DNA of 64,000 nt, taken from NCBI GenBank assembly GCA_947085465.1, contig CAMTWQ010000014.1, positions 3,904-67,903 on the forward strand, read 5' to 3'. The DNA comes from an uncultured Alphaproteobacteria bacterium. GTDB taxonomy: Bacteria > Pseudomonadota > Alphaproteobacteria > UBA11222. Shown piece after piece: positions 46,031 through 54,187 of this stretch. The position numbers were made by a program, and so were the translations under genes. Numbering within the stretch: position 1 is the stretch's first letter; each line of letters begins with the position of its first letter. The notes beneath the pieces were generated by a model that did no database searches, was not told the origin of the DNA, and saw only the letters and a list, made by a program, of their open reading frames with translations.

Positions 46031-46095
46031 CTAGAGCAGCTTTCCGCGATTAAGTGGGGTCACGAAGTGACGCCACTTAATCGCGGGCTGCTCTA
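46031..46095. repeat. hairpin repeat unit A, solitary copy
   Basis: CTAGAGCAGCTTTCCGCGATTAAGTGG...CCACTTAATCGCGGGCTGCTCTA with its own apical variant GTCAC-GAA-GTGAC. Confidence 0.9.
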
Positions 46096-46206
46096 TATTT
46101 TGGGTGTATATTATTTACCCGCCGACGATCAAGCAACATTGCGGTAACGATTAATTTAAGTTCACTGACCATTGTGGCCGTAAAATCATTGGATGGGGAA
46201 CTCTTA

Positions 46207-46671
46207 ATGTCAAAATATTGGCGGGCATATGCGCGCATATTCATGGCGTCAGCCGCGCTGCTCATGCTTGTGGGCGCCGGTGGCCCGGCTTGCGCCAATG
46301 AGGCGGCGGAAGCGCCTGAATCCGAGGGCGAAGCGGCAAAAGAAGGCCCCGTTGCGCCAGGCTTTTTTCCCGTCCCAGACCTAAATGTTTTAGTCGTCAA
46401 GCAGAATCGTGTGCGTGGCATGCTGGCGGTCAAGCTTGTGCTTGACATCGAAAAGCAGGATGCGATGGACCAGGCGGGGGCTCTGTTGCCACGCCTTAAC
46501 GCCGATTATTCAAGCGCGCTTGCAAAATGGTCCAATACCTTTCAGAATTTGCGCGAACCTGCAAATGTGACCAGTATTAAACAGCAATTGCAGCTAGTGA
46601 CGAACCAAGTGATGGGCAGAGAGGATGTTTTGGTTTTGTTGCAGCGCGTATTGCTGCGGGCCGATCCCTGA
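46207..46671 (+). CDS. FliL-like basal-body-associated protein (tentative)
   Basis: N-terminal TM/signal segment, then FFPVPDLNVLVVKQNRVRGMLAVKLVLDIEKQD...LLPRLNADY...VLVLLQRVLLR. This parallels E. coli FliL blocks (FYALDTFTVNL..RVLYIGITLRL...YLPEVRSRL...VLYTTFILR). Confidence 0.45.
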   Translation: MSKYWRAYARIFMASAALLMLVGAGGPACANEAAEAPESEGEAAKEGPVAPGFFPVPDLNVLVVKQNRVRGMLAVKLVLDIEKQDAMDQAGALLPRLNADYSSALAKWSNTFQNLREPANVTSIKQQLQLVTNQVMGREDVLVLLQRVLLRADP

Positions 46672-46674
46672 TAT

Positions 46675-47376
46675 TCATACGGCTGGCGGTTTTAGCATTT
46701 CCAGCGTAATCGGCGCAAAATCGCGCGAAATATACTGACGCGATTTCCAGGGCAGGCCACTCTGCTGATCAACCCAATAAGTATTTTCGAATAACCAGTT
46801 TTGATGACGCGCCTCATTTCGTTCGCGCAGTTTGATCGTGTTAAAATTCAACTCAAGGATGGAGATAGTCTCCTGCGTAAGCGGTTCAAATACAGAATCA
46901 ATGGTGTAACTAGTTTTATCCGTGGTTCCCATATTCATAATGCGTTGGCTTGCAGCGGCGTCAATGATGCGGTGCGCCCCCAATGCCAGCGGGTCGGCTC
47001 CAAGAAGCACGGTCTCTGAAACCGCTTTGTCGATTCCCGTCACGGTCATCGCCCGGCCAGCGCGGGTAACGATGACGATATTGTCACCGGTTACCCAAAC
47101 GTAATCGCTGCCCCGCACTTCAGCCAATACAATCAGAATCGCCGGCCCACGGCCAATCTGGGCGCGCATGGTGGCGTAAGGGAGATCAGACACGAATTTC
47201 CGTGTGAGCGGTTGGCCCTTCAAGCCGCCAGTAAGATAACGGCTGACATCAAACATGGAATTGAAAATTGGCTGATCTCCACATGCGGCAAGCGGCAGCA
47301 ACGCCGTGGCGCTAAGCAGGGCGCGGCGGGTTGGATATGGCGCCAGATGGCGGCCCGGATTGCAGCGTTCAGACAT
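46675..47376 (-). CDS. YjbF/GfcB family lipoprotein
   Basis: Lipobox LPLAAC. LPYATMRAQIGRGPAILIVLAEV...WVTGDNIVIVTRAGR and ENTYWVDQQSGLPWKSRQYIS align by eye with E. coli YjbF (MPYASQYMQLNGGPQLFVVLAFA..., NRYWIDSEGQIRQSEQYLG). Confidence 0.7.
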   Translation of the reverse strand: MSERCNPGRHLAPYPTRRALLSATALLPLAACGDQPIFNSMFDVSRYLTGGLKGQPLTRKFVSDLPYATMRAQIGRGPAILIVLAEVRGSDYVWVTGDNIVIVTRAGRAMTVTGIDKAVSETVLLGADPLALGAHRIIDAAASQRIMNMGTTDKTSYTIDSVFEPLTQETISILELNFNTIKLRERNEARHQNWLFENTYWVDQQSGLPWKSRQYISRDFAPITLEMLKPPAV

Positions 47377-47396
47377 GGCGTCAGGGATACTTGTTT

Positions 47397-47960
47397 TCAG
47401 CGGAGCAGGCCGGGATCAGAATTTGATTTTTGCAGTTTGCGATTAATTTCTAGCTGCTCGCGGGTGAGTTGGAAGCCGATTAGTATCTCAAACCCAAGCC
47501 CATCTTTGCCTTTTGGCGGAATAAGATAAATACGTTCCAGTTCCTTGCTAAAGCGCGTCACATTACTGCCTGATTTGAATTTCACATTGTGCTGGAATGG
47601 AACCTTTACAACCAGTTTTCCGTCAGGCGCCAAAATAGAAACAAAATATGGAAACTGCATTTTCCGCGATGGCGCCGCAGGGCCGCTACGAGCCACAGCC
47701 TCAAAGCGGATCGAGGAAAACAGCTTTCCCTCGTCCATCTCGCATTTGATCAGATTGGCGCGCATGAATTCAAGCTCATACGCGACATCCGCCTGTTCAC
47801 GTCCGCCGCCCTCCCGGTAAATGCGGATTTGCGAGGCATCCGACAGAATCCCCATAACTGGGCAGGTGGGGGGCAACTCGGCCAGTTTTTTTTTGGTTCC
47901 ACAAGCGCCCAGCACCAAAACCACGGCGAAAAGCGCCGCCAATCGACAGCTAAAATGCAT
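47397..47960 (-). CDS. hypothetical lipoprotein
   Basis: Signal peptide with lipobox VLVLGAC and no other recognised motif. Confidence 0.6.
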   Translation of the reverse strand: MHFSCRLAALFAVVLVLGACGTKKKLAELPPTCPVMGILSDASQIRIYREGGGREQADVAYELEFMRANLIKCEMDEGKLFSSIRFEAVARSGPAAPSRKMQFPYFVSILAPDGKLVVKVPFQHNVKFKSGSNVTRFSKELERIYLIPPKGKDGLGFEILIGFQLTREQLEINRKLQKSNSDPGLLR

Positions 47961-48006
47961 AGAGTGAATCTGCCGTCAGTTTGTTGCTAAGGAAAGTGAG
48001 TGGCGT

Positions 48007-48246
48007 TTAGAGCTTGTTATGCGATCCGTCGCACATTGGCGCTTTGCTTGTCTGCTTGCAAGCGCAGAAAAACACTTTGCGCGACTTATCAGCCTTGTAG
48101 GCCATAGGAGTAAACGCCGTGCCTTTGTGGCTGCCGTCGCAAAATGGCTGAGCGGCCGATTTCCCGCAGGCGCACCAGAAATAGTTCTTCCCCTCCACAA
48201 CTTCAACGGCGATTGGTTGCTTACCAGCAATGACAGGTTCGGTCAT
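48007..48246 (-). CDS. CDGSH iron-sulfur domain-containing protein
   Basis: Two CDGSH motifs (CACGKSAAQPFCDGSH and CACKQTSKAPMCDGSH). 79 aa from the ATG at 48246; the track ORF extends to 48450. Confidence 0.85.
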   Translation of the reverse strand: MTEPVIAGKQPIAVEVVEGKNYFWCACGKSAAQPFCDGSHKGTAFTPMAYKADKSRKVFFCACKQTSKAPMCDGSHNKL

Positions 48247-48437
48247 GAGATTCCCCTTGTTATTGTGCTGCGGCTGACTTTTGTCTTTGCCGGAAATGCG
48301 AGCTTGAGTTAGGTAACGCTGTGCGCACCCGTCCCGCCAGCCACTGTACTGGAGGCTCGCCTGTGGAACAAGATGGACTCTCATCGAAGATTGAGCTGAA
48401 GGTTGGGATTTTAGGCCTATCTGACGGGGATTAGGAA

Positions 48438-49442
48438 ATGAGCAAGACATTGGACATTACCGGAGATATTTCCAGCAAACCAACCCTTAAGGTCTATTTA
48501 GCCGCGCCTCGTGGGTTTTGTGCGGGCGTTGACCGGGCGATTCAGATTGTCGAAAAGGCGCTGGACAAGTTCGGCCCCCCAGTTTTTGTGCGCCATGAGA
48601 TTGTTCACAACCGGCATGTGGTGCAAGGCCTGGAAGCGCGCGGCGCCATTTTTGTTGATGAGTTGGATCAGGTTGTGGCGGGTAGGCCGGTAATTTTCTC
48701 TGCCCATGGGGTTCCCAGGTCGATCCCGGCAAGCGCCCAGGCGCTCGGGCTGTTTTATCTCGATGCAACCTGCCCCCTGGTTTCCAAAGTGCACGCAGAG
48801 GCGCAGCGCCATCATGCAGCGGGTTTGCAGATACTGTTGATTGGTCATGCGGGACATCCAGAAGTGGTGGGCACAATGGGGCAATTGCCGCCGGATGCGG
48901 TGCAGTTGATTGAAACGCTTAAGGATGCGCAAACATTTAGCCCGCACGACCCGTTGCGACTTGCGTATATTACTCAGACCACGCTTTCAGTTGATGACAC
49001 CGCTGAGATCGTTGCCCTGTTGCGGCAACGCTTTCCCGGCATTGCTGCTCCACGCCGCGAGGATATTTGCTATGCGACCAGCAACCGTCAGGCGGCGGTT
49101 AAGGCGATCGCTCCCAAATGCGACGTACTGCTGGTGCTAGGCGCGCCAAACTCCTCAAATTCCCTGCGGCTGGTTGAAGTAGCGGAGCGCGCGGGGGTCG
49201 CGCGGGCGCGTTTGGTGCAGAATGCGGGTGAGATTGACCTTGACCAGTATGCCGGTATCCGCACGCTTGGGATTACTGCGGGCGCCTCTGCACCAGAGCA
49301 GCTTGTGCATGACGTGCTTGACGTGTTTGCAACCCGGTTTAGCACCAGCATCGAAGAAGTCGCCGTCACACGCGAAGATGTGGTATTCAATTTGCCCAGA
49401 GCATTAGAGCAGCATGTGATCACTGATGGCCGTATATACTGA
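48438..49442 (+). CDS. ispH: 4-hydroxy-3-methylbut-2-enyl diphosphate reductase
   Basis: [18 protein letters not shown] and DATCPLV motifs. Confidence 0.92.
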   Translation: MSKTLDITGDISSKPTLKVYLAAPRGFCAGVDRAIQIVEKALDKFGPPVFVRHEIVHNRHVVQGLEARGAIFVDELDQVVAGRPVIFSAHGVPRSIPASAQALGLFYLDATCPLVSKVHAEAQRHHAAGLQILLIGHAGHPEVVGTMGQLPPDAVQLIETLKDAQTFSPHDPLRLAYITQTTLSVDDTAEIVALLRQRFPGIAAPRREDICYATSNRQAAVKAIAPKCDVLLVLGAPNSSNSLRLVEVAERAGVARARLVQNAGEIDLDQYAGIRTLGITAGASAPEQLVHDVLDVFATRFSTSIEEVAVTREDVVFNLPRALEQHVITDGRIY

Positions 49443-50397
49443 GGTCAGCGACGAGGAGCTTGAAGCGTTCATCGCCGAGTATGAAATCGGCGAGGTTGTT
49501 TCCTGCAAGGGTATTGCCGAGGGAGTTGAGAACAGCAATTACCTGCTGCGTACGGATGGCGGTGATGGCACCTATTTTCTGACGCTGTATGAAAAGCGGG
49601 TGGCGCAGGAAGAGTTGCCATTTTTTCTGGGACTGATGGTGCATTTGTCGGCGCACGGCATTTCATGCCCCACGCCTGTGCTGGGGCGCGATGGTCGCCC
49701 GTTGCGTACATTGGCTGGCCGGCCTGCTGCAATGGTGACATTTCTGAATGGGGTGTCTGTGCGCCGTCCGCGTCCGCAACATTGCGCCATGCTTGGCCAA
49801 ACGATGGCCCGCATGCATCAAGCCGGTGAAGATTTCACGTTGCGCCGCGCCAATGCCCTGTCTGTGGCGCATTGGCGGGCGCTGTTTTCAAAGTGCGCAT
49901 CGCGCGCCGGGGAAATTGCACAGGGACTGGGCGCTGAGCTGGACGCCGAATTGATCGTGCTGGAAAGCCGCTGGCCCAGTGATTTGCCACAAGGGGTGAT
50001 TCACGCGGATCTGTTTCCTGACAATGTATTTTTCCTGCATGACGCATTAAGCGGTGTGTTTGATTTTTATTTCGCGTGTAACGATGCGTTTGCCTATGAC
50101 GTGGCGATCTGTCTTAACGCTTGGTGTTTTGAGCCGGATGGCGCGTTCAATATTACCAAGGCGCGTAGTCTATTGGCCGGTTACGCCGCAGTGCGCCCTT
50201 TGTCCCCAAGGGAGCGCATGATGTTGCCATTACTGGCGCGCGGCGCGGCAATGCGGTTTTTGCTCACCCGCCTGCATGACTGGCTGTTTCCGGTTGAGGG
50301 CGCGCTCGTCAAACCTAAAGACCCGCTTGAGTATCTGCGCAAATTGCGGTTCCACCAGGATATTGCTGGTCCTGGCGCTTATGGAATAGATACGTGA
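49426..50397 (+). CDS. thrB: homoserine kinase, APH-fold (ThrB type II)
   Basis: [24 protein letters not shown]...[13 protein letters not shown]...FLTLYEKR and [11 protein letters not shown]. Confidence 0.88.
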   Translation: MAVYTEVSDEELEAFIAEYEIGEVVSCKGIAEGVENSNYLLRTDGGDGTYFLTLYEKRVAQEELPFFLGLMVHLSAHGISCPTPVLGRDGRPLRTLAGRPAAMVTFLNGVSVRRPRPQHCAMLGQTMARMHQAGEDFTLRRANALSVAHWRALFSKCASRAGEIAQGLGAELDAELIVLESRWPSDLPQGVIHADLFPDNVFFLHDALSGVFDFYFACNDAFAYDVAICLNAWCFEPDGAFNITKARSLLAGYAAVRPLSPRERMMLPLLARGAAMRFLLTRLHDWLFPVEGALVKPKDPLEYLRKLRFHQDIAGPGAYGIDT

Positions 50398-50843
50398 ACG
50401 CTGCGCATCGTGACCGGGTGGATATTTACACCGATGGCGCCTGCTCCGGCAATCCGGGGCCGGGCGGATGGGGCGCCTTGCTGCTGCATGAAGGGGTTGA
50501 AAAAGAACTATGCGGCGGTGCTGCCGACACCACCAACAACCGGATGGAGATGACCGCAGCGATAGAGGCCTTGAAGGCGTTAAAGCGCCCCTGTAACATT
50601 CACCTGCATACGGATTCTACGTATCTGCGGGATGGAATCACCAAGTGGATTCACGGCTGGAAGCGCAATGGATGGCGCACCGCGAATAAAAAGCCCGTGA
50701 AGAATCAGGATCTATGGCAGGAGTTGGAGGCGCAAATCGAGCGCCAGCAAGTGATTTGGCATTGGGTGAAGGGCCACGCAGGCCATACCGAAAACGAACG
50801 CGCCGACGCCCTGGCAAATCAGGGCATGGCCCAGTTCAGATAA
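50394..50843 (+). CDS. rnhA: ribonuclease HI
   Basis: [31 protein letters not shown] and the [12 protein letters not shown] motif. GTG start overlaps the thrB stop (GTGA). Confidence 0.92.
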   Translation: MNAAHRDRVDIYTDGACSGNPGPGGWGALLLHEGVEKELCGGAADTTNNRMEMTAAIEALKALKRPCNIHLHTDSTYLRDGITKWIHGWKRNGWRTANKKPVKNQDLWQELEAQIERQQVIWHWVKGHAGHTENERADALANQGMAQFR

Positions 50844-50853
50844 ACGGGAATGG

Positions 50854-50880
50854 TTTTCTCCTCCTTTTAGGAGGAGGAAA
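50854..50880. terminator. hairpin between convergent rnhA and peroxiredoxin genes (bidirectional terminator candidate)
   Basis: TTTTCTCCTCC, loop TTTTA, then GGAGGAGGAAA: an 11-bp stem flanked by T/A runs. Confidence 0.55.
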
Positions 50881-50889
50881 CGGTACAGC

Positions 50890-51375
50890 TTAAAGCTGTT
50901 TTAGCATGGTTTCGGCGCCACTTTGCACGGCGCCGGCCGGGGCTTCCTCGATGTTGAGTTGCTTTACGACGCCGTTATCCACCAGAATGGAATAGCGCCG
51001 CGAACGGACCCCCAGGCCCATCTTGGTCAGATCAAGTTCAAGGCCCAGCGCCTTGCTAAAAGTGGCGGCGCCATCGGCGAGCATCAGGACCTTGTCACCG
51101 ACATTACGGTCCTTGCCCCAGGCGCCCATGACGAATGCGTCATTCACCGACAGGCAGGCGATGGTGTCAACGCCTTTGGCTTTGATTTCACTTGCTTTTT
51201 CGACAAAGCCCGGCAGGTGCTGGTTAGAGCAGGTCGGGGTGAACGCTCCCGGGACCGCGAACAACACCACTTTCTTGCCGCCGAATAAATCCGCTGTGGT
51301 GATCGGCGCTGGGCCTTTTTCCGTCATCCGCATCAAGGTGGCGTCGGGTATTTTGTCTCCAACTTTTATCGTCAT
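50890..51375 (-). CDS. peroxiredoxin (Prx5/PrxD subfamily)
   Basis: [12 protein letters not shown] peroxidatic Cys motif, 161 aa. Confidence 0.9.
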   Translation of the reverse strand: MTIKVGDKIPDATLMRMTEKGPAPITTADLFGGKKVVLFAVPGAFTPTCSNQHLPGFVEKASEIKAKGVDTIACLSVNDAFVMGAWGKDRNVGDKVLMLADGAATFSKALGLELDLTKMGLGVRSRRYSILVDNGVVKQLNIEEAPAGAVQSGAETMLKQL

Positions 51376-51448
51376 TTTCTTTGTTCTCCCTGTTGATAGG
51401 AACGTTTCGCAAGTTTAACCCCGATCAGGGGCCTGTGGCAAAGGAATG

Positions 51449-52234
51449 CTACTCTTGCACCACGACACGATGCTCCACCGCCCTGCTGCCGTCCACAAGG
51501 GTAAGGGTTAGCGCGGCGCCGGCTAGTTTCTGTTTGGGATCAAGGGGGTGTATCCGCACCGTAAATACGGCTTCTGTTCGAGCGGAGTTAAAGGAGATAT
51601 CAGGGGCCGAGAACAGGAAATTACTCCCTACGGCGTCAATAAACAGGTCCGGTCGTGAAAATGGCGGCTCGGAGTGCGCAGTGACCAGCAGGCTGGTTGC
51701 CTTGCGTCCTTTTCCGATTACCTGCGCCGTATCGATCCGGGGCAGGGCCGCCGCGCCCTGCTGCACGGGGACTTTCGCCAGCGCCAGGCTTATTTGATGG
51801 GCGTCCGGGGTTGGCGTGCCTGGTCCCGGCGCTAGAGCGATCTCTAAATCCGCCTGCTCCGGTATGCAAATATCCTGGCAGACGGCATATTCGATGTGCA
51901 AGCTCAGGCGCACTGGCCTTGAAGCGTCGATGGGTTGAATGCGGACTGGAAAGATTATCTGCTCTGTGTAGCCATACGATTCGATTCCTTGCACGGTAAA
52001 GCGTTCGGGCGCGGGCCAGAGCACTTCGGGCATGCTGCTATTCTCAATGATCCGCCAGGTAAATACCGGCGGCAGACCTGCCTCGCCCGCGGACCTCCAG
52101 TAGGTTTTCCAGTGCGGGCGGGCGTCAATCGCGACGCCAAGCAAAATGGGCTCCCCGTTTCCAGCGGATTGTACCGCGCTTAGCAAGCGGATACGGGAAA
52201 ATTGATTGTCCGGCCAGGTGCCGGCGGCCCGCAC
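51449..52234 (-). CDS. DsbD/ScsB N-terminal-domain-like periplasmic protein
   Basis: HWKTYWRSAGEAGLPPVFTW is typical of the thiol:disulfide interchange DsbD N-terminal family. The probable true start is the CTG at 52282, which adds a signal peptide (see findings). Confidence 0.65.
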   Translation of the reverse strand: MRAAGTWPDNQFSRIRLLSAVQSAGNGEPILLGVAIDARPHWKTYWRSAGEAGLPPVFTWRIIENSSMPEVLWPAPERFTVQGIESYGYTEQIIFPVRIQPIDASRPVRLSLHIEYAVCQDICIPEQADLEIALAPGPGTPTPDAHQISLALAKVPVQQGAAALPRIDTAQVIGKGRKATSLLVTAHSEPPFSRPDLFIDAVGSNFLFSAPDISFNSARTEAVFTVRIHPLDPKQKLAGAALTLTLVDGSRAVEHRVVVQE

Positions 52235-52278
52235 GTCAACCGGCAGCAGGAATATAAAACTAAAAAGTAGACGGATGA

Positions 52279-53904
52279 TCAGAGGGTCAACTCCAGCTCG
52301 ATCATGCCGCGCAGCGGGATATTATTTTTTCCGGTTTGCTGTGCTGTGCGCGTCGTGTGCGGATGCAGGGCTTTCAGGCAAAACCCCCGCCGTTGCAAAA
52401 ATCCCAATGCGTGCAGATCGTCATTGCCGGTCAGTGTCCATAACCGTTTGCAGCCCTCGGAACGCGCCAGCCCGGTCAGGGCGTCAAGCAGCGCCGCACC
52501 GGCGCCGCGATTTTCCTGCAGGCTATCCAGTGAAACCATTTCGCAGTGATCGCCAGCAATATCATAGGTGAGCAGCCCTATAGGCGTCCCCGCCAATTCA
52601 TTGTGCTCTCGTGCGATAAATCCCGGCAGTTCACATACATCATGTTGCTTACCAATGCTGAAAAACACGGTTGAGCCATTCTGTTCAGTAATGAATTGCG
52701 AAATCCACGTGCGATCCGCCGCTTTGCGCCGCTCGATACTTAGCTCAGGATGACGCCCGGCAAGATACTGCAATATCTGCGCACGGTCACCGTCAAGTTC
52801 CGGCGCGGGCCTGCGTGTAGCGGGATCGGGAAACGCGGACATTTTAATAGGATTTCCCGCGATATGCAGAGCGCCCGTCTTCCCCTCCTCAATGGCCACC
52901 ACCATATTGCGGGCGATGATTTGCGGGTCGGCCAGAATTTGCGCTACATTGTTGATCGGGCCGCATGGAACGCCGCTTGCGTGCAGCGCGTCCAGCCAAT
53001 AGGCCACTGGCCGGGCGCCGAGCGCGGTCTCGAAACACGCCTTAAGCGCTTCCACATTCTGGTTACGCAAGGGGCCGTTAAGGTAACGCGGATCATCCTT
53101 CAGTTCCGGCAGGCCCAGAGTGTCCGCAGCCTGATGAAATAACTTATCGTTGCCGGCGGCAATGATCACATGCCCATCCTTGGCGGCATAGGCCTCAAAT
53201 GGCGTGATCGTCGGATGCCTGGCGCCCAGCGGCCCTGGAATTTCACCGGTGGCGAAATAGCGCACGACTGCATTTTCCAGGATCGCCACCTGGCAATCGA
53301 GCATGGAAACGTCGATCTTGATTCCCTCGCCCGTCTTAGCGCGATGGTGCAGCGCGGCGCAGGCGCCGATGGCGGTGAACAAGCCTGCCGTGATGTCGCC
53401 AATGGAGCTGCCAACGCGGGTAGGCGGGCCGCCGGAATGCCCGGTCAGGCTCATGATGCCGCCCATGCCCTGCACCACCATGTCATAGGCGGGACGCGGC
53501 GCATAAGGGCCAGTATGCCCAAAACCGCTGGCCGCAGCATAGATCAGGTGTGGGTAGCGCGCATGCAGGCTCTCCCAGCCATATCCCAGCTTTTCCATGG
53601 TCCCGGCGCGGAAATTTTCAACGACCATGTCAGCGTTTTCAAGCAGGCGCTCGAATATTTCGCGATCCGGGGACAATTTCAAGTCAAGTGCGATAGATTG
53701 CTTGCCGCGATTGATCGACATGAAATAGGCGGACTGATCTTTTAGGAAAGGCCCAAAGGCGCGGGCGTCATCGCCACCCTCTGGGTTCTCAACCTTGATA
53801 ACCATAGCCCCCAAATCCAGCAGCACCATGGTGCAATATGGCCCGGCGAGAACCCGTGTCAGGTCAATGACTGTGACGCCGTTAAGTGGCCCGGTTTGGG
53901 TCAT
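52279..53904 (-). CDS. class III CoA-transferase fused to a C-terminal GNAT acetyltransferase domain
   Basis: N-terminus GVTVIDLTRVLAGPYCTMVLLDLGAMVIKVENPEGGD (CaiB/BaiF). The last 150 aa or so carry the GNAT Q/RxxGxG/A block LQENRGAGAALLD...LGFLQRRGF. Confidence 0.8.
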   Translation of the reverse strand: MTQTGPLNGVTVIDLTRVLAGPYCTMVLLDLGAMVIKVENPEGGDDARAFGPFLKDQSAYFMSINRGKQSIALDLKLSPDREIFERLLENADMVVENFRAGTMEKLGYGWESLHARYPHLIYAAASGFGHTGPYAPRPAYDMVVQGMGGIMSLTGHSGGPPTRVGSSIGDITAGLFTAIGACAALHHRAKTGEGIKIDVSMLDCQVAILENAVVRYFATGEIPGPLGARHPTITPFEAYAAKDGHVIIAAGNDKLFHQAADTLGLPELKDDPRYLNGPLRNQNVEALKACFETALGARPVAYWLDALHASGVPCGPINNVAQILADPQIIARNMVVAIEEGKTGALHIAGNPIKMSAFPDPATRRPAPELDGDRAQILQYLAGRHPELSIERRKAADRTWISQFITEQNGSTVFFSIGKQHDVCELPGFIAREHNELAGTPIGLLTYDIAGDHCEMVSLDSLQENRGAGAALLDALTGLARSEGCKRLWTLTGNDDLHALGFLQRRGFCLKALHPHTTRTAQQTGKNNIPLRGMIELELTL

Positions 53905-54086
53905 TTTGGTTCGTCTTCCAGCCGTTTTCCATCTAAATGCCTGGCCAATGTTTTTTGGGCTTGTAGCGCGTTGCTGCGCGTTTGCCTGTTCATCCCAAAG
54001 AGTATGCGGTTGCGCTCGGCTGTTTTGCCCTTGGCGTTGCGTTGGCGCTGTTTGCGGTTCTTGTTGAGATTAACGATTTCGGGCAT
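53901..54086 (-). CDS. DUF4169 family protein
   Basis: MPEIVNLNKNRKQRQR...AERNRILFG...ARHLDGKRLE matches the remembered DUF4169 pattern. Its stop overlaps the CoA-transferase start as ATGA. Confidence 0.65.
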   Translation of the reverse strand: MPEIVNLNKNRKQRQRNAKGKTAERNRILFGMNRQTRSNALQAQKTLARHLDGKRLEDEPK

Positions 54087-54187
54087 GGCGGCTTCGGTGT
54101 GGGTGCAGATGTGGGCTGTGCTTGCATAATACGCTAATTATAGTGATGTCGCCATGATTCGGCATGGATACACGATAAAGTCACCGT

